DNA from: Squalus acanthias
Taxonomy: Eukaryota
Reading direction: 5' to 3'
Length of the DNA: 64,000 nt
NCBI GenBank assembly: GCA_030390025.1
Contig: CM059432.1
Location: forward strand, 55,244,001 to 55,308,000
Part shown: positions 25,091 through 35,916 of the stretch, piece by piece
How positions within the stretch are numbered: position 1 is the stretch's first letter
Layout: each line of letters starts with the position of its first letter
The notes under the pieces: model-generated
The model's input: only the letters and a program-made list of their open reading frames with translations
Told to the model about the DNA's origin: nothing
Databases searched by the model: none
Translations under genes and position numbers: made by a program

Positions 25091-25361
25091 AGAAACATAG
25101 AAACATAGAAACTAGGAGCAGGAGTAGGCCATTCGGCCCGTCGAGCCTGCTCCACCATTCAATACGATCATGGCTGATCATCCAAATCCAGTACCCTGTC
25201 CCTGCTTTCTCACACAGAATCCCCATCGAGCCTGCACCGACACATATCCCACCCTATCCCCGTAACCCCACGTATTTAATTCCCCCTAACATATCCCTTC
25301 CTATCCTATCCCCGTAACCCCACATATTTAATCCCCCCCTAACACTAAGGGTCAATTTATC
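25091..25361 (-). mobile_element. 5'-truncated HE1-type SINE with a replacement CR1 tail
   Basis: First ~115 bp match the CR1 3' end at 40103-40220. The remainder matches the HE1 body at 5460-5545, with an internal tandem duplication. Confidence 0.85.
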
Positions 25362-25631
25362 AACTTATCTCTAGCGACTGTAGTCCCAGCACTGTCTCAA
25401 AGTTCACTTCCACTCATCCAGCTCCATCCACTCCACAGTCATCCACTTCCTTCAGAGCACATGCTTCACTGACTTCCTCCATGTCTTTCAATGGGACAAT
25501 GAAAATTTAGTTTTCCAATTTTTAAAGTTTTTTTTTCCCCCTTTCCTACTACTTTCTCCTCTCTTCCTTTCTTGAAGGCATTGACTCCATGCTGGTGTAC
25601 AGTCCACAGGTTCTGGTTGCCGTCCTGTAGT

Positions 25632-26099
25632 TTCAATGTTTGACACCACATTAACAAAAACTTCACATAAACATTAGCTAAACCACACAAGTGCCTACCC
25701 CTGTGTGTTGTTAGTTGGTATGATTGGACTAGGATGAGTGTGAGTGTGAGGGGTGGCTAGTGAGATGGGGAAGTAATAATGTAGATAGAGAGGGATGGGT
25801 GGAGGTGCAAGGTAAGTTGGTGTGAGTAAGGATGTGCAGAAGTAAGGTATGGAAGGCAGAGTGATGGGGATGTGATGAGTGGCACAGCAGGATGAGGTTG
25901 AGTGTGGCTTTGCAGTAACGTTTCGTGATCTACTGAGATCATTGAATGGTTTGCGCCACTGCAGCCTGGTCGTCCTGACGACATCCCTGCTTGTGCCCTC
26001 CTGTGCAATGTGCAACCAGGCTGCGTAGGTCTCCTGGGGAGGTCTCTTCCGCCCATTGGAAGGGAAGAGAACCTCCCTGTGTGGTGTGATTCCCTTCAT
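25632..26099 (-). mobile_element. Fragment of the non-autonomous Harbinger family, fused head-to-head to the next element
   Basis: Colinear with 9064-9530, including the same internal deletion junction. Confidence 0.88.
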
Positions 26100-26119
26100 T
26101 GAGGTGCTGCAAACACTGA

Positions 26120-28017
26120 CAAGCACATCACAGAGGTGCACGGCTGCACCCAGGTTCTCCAATGACTCCCTCCATATGCTTGTGAAGGGAGTCAGAGCAC
26201 ACAGGGAGGTCCTCTTTCCTTCTAATGGGCGGAAGAGACCTCCCCAGGAGACCAAAAGAGCCTGGCTCCAAATTGCAGAGGAGGTCAATAGCAGGGAAGT
26301 CATCAGGAGGACCTGGGTGCAGTGGTGCAAACGTTTCAATGATCTTGTTAGATCAGGAAAGGTAAGTCCAAAGTCACACTCAACTTCATCCTGCTGTGCC
26401 TCTCATCACATCCCCATCACTCTGCCTTCCCAACCCTACTCCTGCACATCCTTACTCACACCAACTTACCTTGCACCTCCACCCATCCCTCTCTCTCTAC
26501 ATTATCACATCTCCATCTGACTAGCCACCCCTCACACTCACCCTCATCCTAATGCAATCAAACCAACTAACAACACACAAGGAGGCCACTTGGCTTTGGC
26601 ACCCCACTCCATCATAGTCACCCTCTAAAGATGTAACCCATTCATTCCTTACACTCATTCCATCACTCTCATTCAACGTACTCTTCGTTCCCTCCTTACA
26701 GGAAAAGAGAGCCCACAATAAGAGGGAGAGGGAGAGAACCGGAGGCGGAACGCCACCATTGGTGACCCTAACATCAGCAGCGGAGGCTGCCTTGAAAGTT
26801 TCTGGAGTCGCAGAGCAGCTGGAAGTGGGAGACAGAGAGAGGGGGCATCTCAGCAACCTGGTGACAGAATTACATATCATACAGCTAAGTGGCATACATC
26901 AGTCACTCATATGGGCACTGATGTCAGCAGCCACTGAATGGTCATCATGTGCATAATGGTATCTGTACCCATTCTTCATATGGCATATCTAACTCATCTC
27001 TTTACTCTCTCACAGGTCCATCAATAGCCCCCTGCCCCCACACCCCCACTGTCCAGGAGCAAGAGGAAGATGACTCCTCAGAGGAGCCTCCAGCCTCTGA
27101 GGGCGCACCGTCACCAGACAGAAGCGCACCCAGCACCAGCGCAGATACGCACACCTCCGTGGGTGCCACACGAATTAGAGTAGTGTTGTCACCTGGTGAC
27201 TCACAACTCACAAGTGAGCAAGAGCAGATGGTGGAGACAGGGACAGCAGTGGTGACTCCTGGCTGGAGGGGGCAGGACTCTCCCAGCTCTGCTCAGCTAC
27301 ATGCAGACACTGAGCCTCAGGGGCCATCCAGAAAGAGGGCGATCCTGGAGCTGCAGGAACAAGTGCAGGAGGCTTTGACAGGTTTTGCAAGCGTGATGTC
27401 TGCAAATGTGCAGAGAATGGAGGAGTCCATCTCCAACATGAGCACCACTGTGTTGCAGGCGATGATGACTGTAGGCTCGTCCATGGATAGGATGGCTACC
27501 TGCTTGGAGCAGCTAAGGTGCCACTCACAGGAGCACATGGTCTCTCGGAGATTAGATGGCTATCTATGGAGCATAGATGGCAGAGGCTCATAGACCTCCT
27601 GTCTAGGAGGGATGTCAGCGTAGACGTGGGTCCTCATGGCCCCACTGATGTGCAGTAAGGTGCTCTCCAGCTCCTTGCTAGCAGGGAAGTGCGGGTGGCC
27701 CATGAAAGGGATGATGGTGAGAGGGACATGGAAGCGGGGGCTCCTCTCAAAGCGCTCATACTTCTCCCCCGTTGCCATCCCCTCAGTCAGAGCCCCAGAT
27801 GCCTCCTCGGATCACGATGGTCGAGTCAGCCCCTGCACAGTCGCAGGAGGAGCAGACTTTGGCGGGGCCATCACAGGCTCCAAAACCCAGAGGACATCCA
27901 CCAAAAGTGTCTAAGCAGTCACAGCAGGGAATTGAGCAAGCTGCCTCTACCTCTGCTGAAGCCATAGGGGTAGCACCTCGTAGAAGCACGCGTAAGAGAA
28001 AGATGAAACACAAGTAG
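26120..28017 (+). pseudogene. Harbinger Myb/SANT-like DNA-binding protein, 3 exons (~26120-26361, 26702-26860, 27016-28017), disrupted
   Basis: APRFSNDSL..L..REVLF...AWLQIAEEV....RTWVQWCKRFNDL. GT-AG introns (aag|gtaagt, tacag|gaaaag, cacag|gtc). Basic C-terminal RRSTRKRK. Frameshifts in exons 2-3. Confidence 0.85.
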
Positions 28018-28306
28018 ATTCACAAGGGTAGCCACTTGGGTGTTTTGGTAAATGATTCTGTAAAGTTTCCGTTACTGTAATGTCACACATAAAAATCTTT
28101 ATTTGCACCACTTGGACAAATTTGTGTGCACCTTTGGAAGTGGCTTAGTGTGTTAGAGTGATAGGTGAGACATAACGTTACCTCCAGCAATGGTGGTCAG
28201 TTTGAAAGGAATGGCTTGGTCATGGTAGGGATGCGTTATGGTGTTGCTGTGGGGTAGTGCCAACCTGGTGCAGCATGTGGTTGCCATATGGGTGTAGTGC
28301 GTAAAT

Positions 28307-29488
28307 TTAAGTAAATCTGGCCATGCTGAGCCCATCCCTGGCCCCCCGGGCAGCAATGTGCTCGGGTGCTGGTGGGATCTGGACCACAGCTTCCTCCTGC
28401 TCTTCCTCCTCCTCCTCCTGCTCCTCTCTGAAGAGGTGGTGTGCTCAGTGCCTTGCTCCTCATGCAGTGCTAATCCTCGCTGCTGCACTATGTTGTGCAG
28501 GGCACAGCAGACCACGACAATTCTGGAGACCCTGGCTGGTGCGTACTGAAGGGCTCCTCCAGATCTGTCAAGGCATCTGAAGTGCATTTTCAGCATGCCT
28601 ATTGTCTGCTCTATGACACATCTGGTGGAAATGTGGCTTTCATTATATCTTTCCTGGGCCTCAGTACTTGGCCTCCTCAAGGGTGTCATGAGCCACGTCT
28701 TCAGTGGATAGCCCTTGTCTCCAAGCAGCCAGCCGGAAAGTCTGTTTCGAGGAGCGAAGAGCTGAGGGAGAGTGGACTGGTGAAGGGCAAAAGAGTCATG
28801 ACAGCTGCCAGGGAATTTGGTGCACACATGCATGTTGATCTTCCTATGGTTGCAGACGAGTTTCACATTGAGGGAGTGGAATCCCTTGTGGTTGACAAAG
28901 ACTTCTGGGTTATGATGGGGTGCCCTGATGGCCACATGTGTGCAGTCGATGACACCCTGCACCCATGGGAAGCCAGCCAGAGTGGCAAAGCTAAGCGCCC
29001 GCTTTGTAACACTGGCTTCATCAGTGGCAAAGCTGATATAATTGGCTGGCTTGTCAAACAGGGCATCAGTGACCTGTGTGATGCATCTGTTGGCGGCCGA
29101 TTGCAGGATGCCACAAATGTCTGCTGCAGATCCCTGGAAAAAGCCTGAGGTGAAGAAGTTGAGGGCACTGGTGACTTTGACAGCCACTCATAAGGTGTAT
29201 CCACCCGCTCCTCTGGTCTGCAGGTCTTGCTCCAGTAAAGTGCAAATATCTGCGATGACCTGGTTCGATAGCCTGAGCCTCCTTTGGCTCTGCTGCTCAG
29301 TCATGTTGAGGAAGCTCATCCTCTGCCTGTATACCCTGTGTTGGGGGTATCGCCTCCGGGGCGGTGCAGCCCTGCGCTGATGCCCTCTGTCCTGTGCAGC
29401 ATCAGGTGGTTGAGGAGAAGGTTGGTGTTGCTGCTGGTGTGCCTGGTGCTGCTGATGACCAAGGTGAGACAGTATAGAATGCACCCAT
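28307..29488 (-). pseudogene. Harbinger DDE transposase (HARBI1-like), disrupted
   Basis: GVIDCTH, GSCHDS, LLGDKGY, YNESH..TR.VIEQTIG.LK..FRCL motifs and an acidic tail. In-frame TGA at ~29189 plus frameshifts. Confidence 0.95.
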
Positions 29489-30925
29489 GCTGATGGAATA
29501 AATGGCAGGTCAAGTAGAGAAGACAGAAGCAATCTGTCAATGATGTGATAGGTTCTAACAATGAGGTGACACTGGATGGTGACTTTGCTGGAAACACTTG
29601 CAGCCTGTAGAAAGCTAAATCTGTGCTGGCAATACAGTCAGCAACAGCTTCTGCCTGAGAAAAGTGATCAGCTATGAGGTGGGGTTTTTTATTGTACTTT
29701 CCTTGCTGTGCACTAATGTCTCAGGTTGACAGACATGGTTCCTAAGCTGTGTGATTCCCGTGGTCATCCAGTGAAATTTGAAAGGTAGGATTAAAAAGAC
29801 TCATAAGGGTCTGACAAGTACCTAATAATTATTTAAATTAGCTCACCCACCTCTGCAGTTTGGGTCGCTGCAGCACCGGCAAACGCACCAGAGGGAAAGG
29901 TGCGTGGGGGCGGGATGATGGCGGGTACCCGACCCGCTGCAAGATATTTCAAAATTCCCACCCGACCTGCCTCCAATCGCGCCCGTACGGACCCCCATAA
30001 ATTCCGGCCATATCTTTTCCATTATAAATGTGGACATCAAAATTTATAATAGAAAAAGTTGACATGAAAGTGTGGCAAAAACATGGCAATGGAAAGTAAG
30101 GTTTTATAGACAGGAAATGCACACATATGTACGATATTTAATAAGATATAGATTTTTGTCCTTGAGCAATGTCATAGGAAATTAACTAGCTGATAAATAA
30201 AATAGAGAATGGTTGAATACTACTGAGGCTGACTAAGCTCCCTCCCAAAGAGGGAGCTGTCCGTGAGACGGGCTCCACTTAAACTGGGCTGGGACCAGTG
30301 CCCTGGCGAACCGAATAACTAGGACAATAGACAGGGCTTTAAACTAATGAAGAGGGGGTGGGAGGATTCAGGAAAGAGTAAATTTAAAAGCAGCGAGAGA
30401 AACGTCAAGACTCTAGAGCAGAGTAGAGTTTTGGGTAAAAATAAGCAGAGTGGGTCAGGAAGGGTCAGAGAGTAACAAAGCTAATAAGGCATCAGTGACT
30501 AAGGTGACATCAGGGAAAAATAGAAATAAGTCAAAGCTAAAGGCACTATATCTGAAAGCACAAAGCATTTGCAACAAAATAGATGAATTAATAACTCAGA
30601 TAGAAATGAACAGGTTTGATCTAATAGCCATAATGGAGACGTGGTTGCAAAGCGGCCAAGGTTGGGAACTAAATATTCCAGGATACTTAACTTTTAGATA
30701 GGCAAATGGAAAAGGAGGAGGGATAGCCCTGATAATAAAGGATGGGATAAAGTAGAGAGAAAGGATCTTAGCTCTGAAAATCAAGAAATTGAATCAGTTT
30801 GGGTGGAGCTAAGAAACAGCAAGGGGCAGAAAACATTGGTGGGAGTTGTTTATAGGCCCCGTAACAATAGTTGTAATATAGGGCAGAGTATAAATCAGGA
30901 AATTAGAGGCGCATGTAATAAGGGT

Positions 30926-31199
30926 AGAAACATAGAATCTAGGAGCAGGAGTAGGCCATTCGGCCCGTCGAGCCTGCTCCGCCATTCAATACGATCATGG
31001 CTGATCATCCAAATCCAGTACCCTGTCCCTGCTTTAATCCCCACAGTACACATATCCCACCCTACCCCCATAACCCCATGTATTTAATTCCCCCTAACAT
31101 ATCCCATCCTATCCCCATAACCCCACATATTTAATCCCCCCTAACACTAAGGGTCAATTTATCATAGCCAAATCAACCTAACCCACACATTTTTGGACT
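30926..31199 (-). mobile_element. Second HE1-type SINE with a replacement CR1 tail
   Basis: Same composite structure as 25091-25361, extending into the V domain (acccacacatttttggact). Confidence 0.85.
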
Positions 31200-31488
31200 A
31201 CAGTAATACATTAATCATGGGGGACTTTAATCTACGTATAGACTGGGCAAACCAAATTTGCAGTAATAGTATGGAGGACGAATTCATGGAATGTATGTAT
31301 GCAAGATAGTTTTCTAGATCAGTATGTTGAGGAACCAACTGGGGAAAAGGTTATTTTAGATCTAGTATTGTGCAATGAGAAAGGGTTAATTAATAACCTT
31401 GTAGTAAAGGGGCCTTTAGGGAAGAGTGACCATAATATGATAGAATTTTATATTGAGTTTGAAAGTGATTTAGTTAAATCGAAACTAG

Positions 31489-32831
31489 TGTGGCGGATCG
31501 CCACCTAAACGGGCGCAATCCACTTTTCCGTCCGTGGACAATAAATCGGGCACCTTGCCTTTAAGGCAGGAGAAAAGGAGTGGGCGGGTCCTCAGAACCT
31601 TTCAGAGAGTTGTGTTAGCAGCCATCTTAGCAGGCAGATGTATTAAAAAGCTTTTGTGTTTCACACATGGACTCGGCCTTAATTCGTGTTTCGCGGCAAC
31701 CACAACATTGGTGACCCCGACGCTCAGAACGTATTCCGAGCACTGCAATGGCGGACACGAACGCAGTTTCCGTGAAACTGCCGGAGTTTTGGGAAAACCA
31801 GCCCGAAGTCTGGTTCCTTCAAGCCAAGTCGCATTTCCGGCTGCGAAACATCACCACAGATGGGACGAAGTACGACTATCTCGTCACATCACTCGGTAGC
31901 TCCACAGTTACGAAGGTCTGGACAGCACTGCAGAACCCACCAGGGGAGGGCAAGTATGTACATCTTAAGGCCGCGCTCTTTAAAAAATTTACGGCCTCGG
32001 CATACCAGCGAAACTGCCACCTCCTTGAACTTCCAGGCCTCGGTGATGCCTCACCGTCAGACCTCCTCTCCTACATGCTCTCCCTCACTGACGAGAGCCC
32101 ACCCGGATCCCTCTTCCGCACGCTGTTCATCCGCCAGCTACCTCTCAGCATCCGCCCAGCGATCGTGGCGTCCGGCCTCACAGACCTGGAAGCCCTGGCC
32201 GAGGAAGCCGACAAGCTGCTGTCCGCTCACTCCAGCCGCGACGTCACTCCGGACCTGGCAGCCACCGCCCGGGCGCGCCCCTCACCGGCCACCACGCGGC
32301 CACATGGCCCAGCCACCGAGCTCACGGGGCCTTCGCGCCCCACTAACCCGGGCCACTGTTACTACCACGCACGGTTCGGCGCCAGGGCACAACGGTGCAC
32401 ACCTCCCTGCTCTTTCAAGTCCGCCCCCATACCAGCCCCCGCGATGGCCGTGGGCCACGCAGGCTCCCTGCTGTACGTCACGGATGACAAAACTGGCCGC
32501 CGGTTCCTGTGCGACACTGGAGCTCAGCACAGCATCATCTCGGCCTCCTCCCTCGACATCCAAAAGGGCAAACGAGGACCGGCGCTGGCTGCTGCTAACG
32601 GCTCGGACATTCGGATGTACGGCACCCGCACAGTCACCCTCGACCTCGCTGGTCGCCGCTACCGATGGGAGTTCATCACTGCCAAGGTGCTCTCCCCTCT
32701 CATCGGCGCAGATTTCCTGTGCGCCCACGGCCTACTGGTAGACATCCCTCGACACCGCCTCGTGGACATGAACACCATGTCCCCCATCCTGGGCGCCATG
32801 GCCCCCCGTCAACCCGCCGACATGGCATCAC
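31489..32831 (+). mobile_element. Ty3/Gypsy (CsRN1-like) LTR retrotransposon, 5' part: LTR, tRNA-Trp PBS, gag-protease
   Basis: LTR TGTGG...CCACA(ACA) at 31489-~31707. PBS TGGTGACCCCGACG (31709-31722) is complementary to the tRNA-Trp 3' end. ORF has KLPEFW..PEVWF, a CYYH-x9-C-x3-C knuckle and DTGA / IGADFL protease motifs. Confidence 0.93.
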
Positions 32832-33043
32832 ATAGGAAAAATAGAAAAGCAGAGTATTTTTTAAATGGTGAGAGATTGGGAAATGTTGGTGTTCAGAGGG
32901 ACCTGGGTGTCCTTGTACACGAATCACTGAAAGTTAACATGCAGGTACAGCAAACAATTAGGAAAGCAAATGGTATGTTGGCCTTTATTACAAGAGGATT
33001 TGAGTATAAGACGTCTTACTGCAATTATATAGGGCCCTGGTGA
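31748..33043 (+). CDS. Gag-protease ORF, continued in frame by ~70 codons of CR1 ORF2
   Basis: Uninterrupted 431-aa ORF. Switches from Gypsy to CR1 sequence at ...ADMASH|RKNRKAEYFLNG (~32831). Confidence 0.75.
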   Translation: MADTNAVSVKLPEFWENQPEVWFLQAKSHFRLRNITTDGTKYDYLVTSLGSSTVTKVWTALQNPPGEGKYVHLKAALFKKFTASAYQRNCHLLELPGLGDASPSDLLSYMLSLTDESPPGSLFRTLFIRQLPLSIRPAIVASGLTDLEALAEEADKLLSAHSSRDVTPDLAATARARPSPATTRPHGPATELTGPSRPTNPGHCYYHARFGARAQRCTPPCSFKSAPIPAPAMAVGHAGSLLYVTDDKTGRRFLCDTGAQHSIISASSLDIQKGKRGPALAAANGSDIRMYGTRTVTLDLAGRRYRWEFITAKVLSPLIGADFLCAHGLLVDIPRHRLVDMNTMSPILGAMAPRQPADMASHRKNRKAEYFLNGERLGNVGVQRDLGVLVHESLKVNMQVQQTIRKANGMLAFITRGFEYKTSYCNYIGPW

Positions 33044-33686
33044 GACCACAGCTGCGGTATTGTGTACAGTTTTGGTCTCCTTACCTAAGGAAGGATATAG
33101 TTGCCATAGAGGGAGTGCAACGAAGGTTCACCAGACTGGTTCCTGGGATGGGGGGATTGTCCTATGAGGACAGATTGAGTAGACTAGGCCTATATTCTCT
33201 GGAGTTTAGAAGAATGAGAGGTGATCTCATTGAAACATACAAAATTCTTACAGGGCTTGACAGGGTAGATGCAGGGAGGATGTTTCCCCTGGCTGGGGAG
33301 TCCAGAACCAGGGGTCACAGTCTCAGAATAAGGGGTCGGCCATTTAGGACTGAGATGAGGAGAAATTTCTTCACTCAGAGGGTGGTGAATCTTTGGAATT
33401 CTCTACCCCAGAGGGCTGTGGAGGCTCAGTCGTTGAGTATATTCAAGACAGAGATCGATAGATTTTTGAATATTAAGGGAATCAAGGGATATGGAGATAG
33501 TGCGGGAAGGTGGAGTTGAGGTAGAAGATCAGCCATGATCTTATTGAATGGTGGAGCAAGCTAGAAGGGCCAAATGGCCTACTACTGCTCCTATTTCTTA
33601 TGTTCTTATGTTAAGCATGTGGTGGCACAGTGCATTGGAAGTCCAATGTGATGCCTTCATGTTGAGTTCTCAGTCTGAATTATAAT

Positions 33687-35910
33687 AGCATTTGCAACCA
33701 TCTTCAGCCAGAAGTGCCAAGTGGATGATCCATATCGGCCTCCTCCTGAGGTCCCCACCATCACAGAAGCCAGTCTTCAGCCAATTCGATTCACTCCACG
33801 TGATATCAAGAAACAGCTGAGTGCACTGGATACAGAAAAGGCTATGGGTCCCGACAACATCCCTACTGTCATGCTAAAGTCTTGTGCTCCAGAACTAGCC
33901 GTGACTCTAGCCAAGCTGTTCCAGTACAGCTGCAACACTGGCATCTACCCGATAATATGAAAATCTGCTCAGGTATGTCCTGTCCACAAAAACCAGGACA
34001 AATCCAATCCGGCCAATTACCGCCCCATCAGTCTACTCTCAATCATCAGCAAAGTGATGGAAGGTGTCGTTGACAGTGCTATTGAGCAACACTTACTCAC
34101 CAATAGCCTGCTCACTGATGCTCAGTTTGGGTTTCGCCAGGACCACTCGGCTCCAGACCTCATTACAGCCTTGGTCCAAACATGGACAAAGGAGCTGAAT
34201 TCCAGAGGTGAGGCGAGAGTGTCTGCCCTTGACATCAAGGCAGCATTTGACTGGGTTTGGCATCAAGGAGCCCTAATAAAACTGAAGTCAATGGGAACCA
34301 GGGGTAACTCTCCACTGGCTGGAGTCATACCAACACAAAGGAAGATGGTTGTGGTTCTTGAAGGCCAATCATTTCAGCCCCAGGACATCACTGCAGGAGT
34401 TCCTCAGGGCAGTGTCCTAGGCCCAACCATCTTCAGCTGCTTCATCAATGATCTTCCCTCCATCATAAGGTCAGAAGTGGAGATGTTCACTGATGATTGC
34501 ACAGGTCCATTCGCAGCTCCTCAGATATTGAAGCAGTCCGTGTCCACATGCAGCAAGACCTGGACAACATTCAGGTTTGGGCTGATAAATAACAAGTAAC
34601 AATCGCGCCACACAAGTGCCAGGCAATGACCATCTCCAACAAGAGAGAGCCCAGCCACCTCCCCATGACATTCAACGGAATTACCATCGCCGAATCCCCC
34701 ACCATGAACATCCTGGGGGTTACCATTGACCAAAAACTTAACTGGACCAGCCACATAAATACTGTGGCTACAAGAGCAGGTCAGAGGCTGCATATTCTAT
34801 GGCGAGTGACTCACCTCTTAATTCCCCAAAGCCTTTCCACCACCTACAAGGCACAAGTTAGGATGGAATATTCTCCACTTGCCTGGATGAGTACAGCTCC
34901 AACAACACTCAAGAAGCTCGACACCATTGTCGAAGTTTCGACTCCCGAGTAAGACTCTTGAAACATAAAGTATCGTCAAAGACAGGCTTTATTATTTACT
35001 TGCAGCAAGGAGAATGCATGTAGTCAAAGGCTACGATGACACTCTAAAGTACATAAGAAAAAGCAGCATTTTTATACACTGAAAGCAACAGGCTTTTCTA
35101 TATCACATGACATAGCATTGAATCACAATTGATTACAGAGCACAAAGTCTGCAAAAAGAATAAGGAATGTTGTTTAAAGTAAGCTAAAAGACTAGCTAAT
35201 CTCTACAGTCATGGAGTCTGTCTGTTCTTCTTCTCCCACCAAGGCACCTGGAGTCAAAGGTTAATGTTTACTTCACTATGTCCTTGGTTATCTCAAGTTG
35301 ATTAGAGAAGACTCTTTGTTCTGTACTAGCTGCTGAGAAACAGCACAGTCTGTAAAACTTTAAATTCTCTCACCATGAGAAGCTATAAACAACTACTAAT
35401 CTTTTCTAGGCGAGCCATAGTGTAGGCAATTTTGTATCTCTTATTCTGTGTCTAGGAAGCCATTTTGTGTCCATGTAGAAAATACACTTCCACACCATCC
35501 AGGACAAAACAGCCCGCTTGATTGACACCCCATCCAGCACCTTAGCCACATTCACTCCCTCAACCACTGGCGCACTGTGCTGTAGTGTCTACCATCTACA
35601 AGATGCGCTGCAGCAACTCGCCAAGGCTTCTTCGACAGCACCTCCCAAACCAGCGATTTCTACCACCTAGAAGGACAAGAGCAGCAGACGCATGGGAGCA
35701 CCACCAACTGCAAGTTCCCTTCCAAGTCACACATCATCCTGACTTGGAAATATATTGCCTTTCTTTCATTGTCGCTGGGTCAAAATCCTGGAATCCCTCC
35801 CTAACAGCACTGTGGGAGTACCTTCACCACACGGACTGCAGTGGTTCAAGAAGGCGGCAATAAATGCTGCCCTTGCCAGCGATGCCCACATCCCATGAAT
35901 GAATAAAAAG
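33687..35910 (+). mobile_element. CR1/L2-group LINE (family B), 5'-truncated, interrupted by a solo LTR
   Basis: [41 protein letters not shown] and FTDD motifs. Tail cacatcccatgaatgaataaaaa. Confidence 0.93.
34928..35494 (-). mobile_element. Solo LTR (567 bp), ERV- or Gypsy-type
   Basis: CCAT|TGTCGAAGT ... ACTTCCACA|CCAT: TG..CA ends, 8/9 terminal inverted repeat and 4-bp TSD. Minus-strand TATAAAA (~35070-35076) precedes AATAAA (34988-34993). The LINE frame resumes (DTI-QDK) on removal. Confidence 0.9.
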
Positions 35911-35916
35911 AAATTA

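Larger units (their letters stand above)
26097..30009. mobile_element. Two-gene PIF/Harbinger transposon, left end lost
   Basis: Convergent Myb/SANT gene (+) and transposase (-). Right TIR ...ATAAATTCCGGCC at 30009. Confidence 0.93.
30250..33610 (+). mobile_element. CR1 LINE (ORF1 end, APE endonuclease, RT C-terminus, tail), interrupted by a SINE and a Gypsy, with an internal deletion
   Basis: DGLHLNW (SGNH-esterase ORF1 end), IAIMETW, MGDFN, LDLVLCN and SDHN (APE). After 32832, RT C-terminus and (ttcttatg)n tail. Confidence 0.93.

Noticed and set aside
28153..29187. 344-aa ORF as the domesticated host gene HARBI1
   Set aside because: It has an upstream in-frame stop and frameshifts, sits beside a Myb gene and a TIR, and has decayed relatives in the window. 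It is a transposon copy.
31860..32741. 293-aa and antisense ORFs overlapping gag
   Set aside because: Expected stop-poor alternate frames in very GC-rich coding DNA. No motifs.
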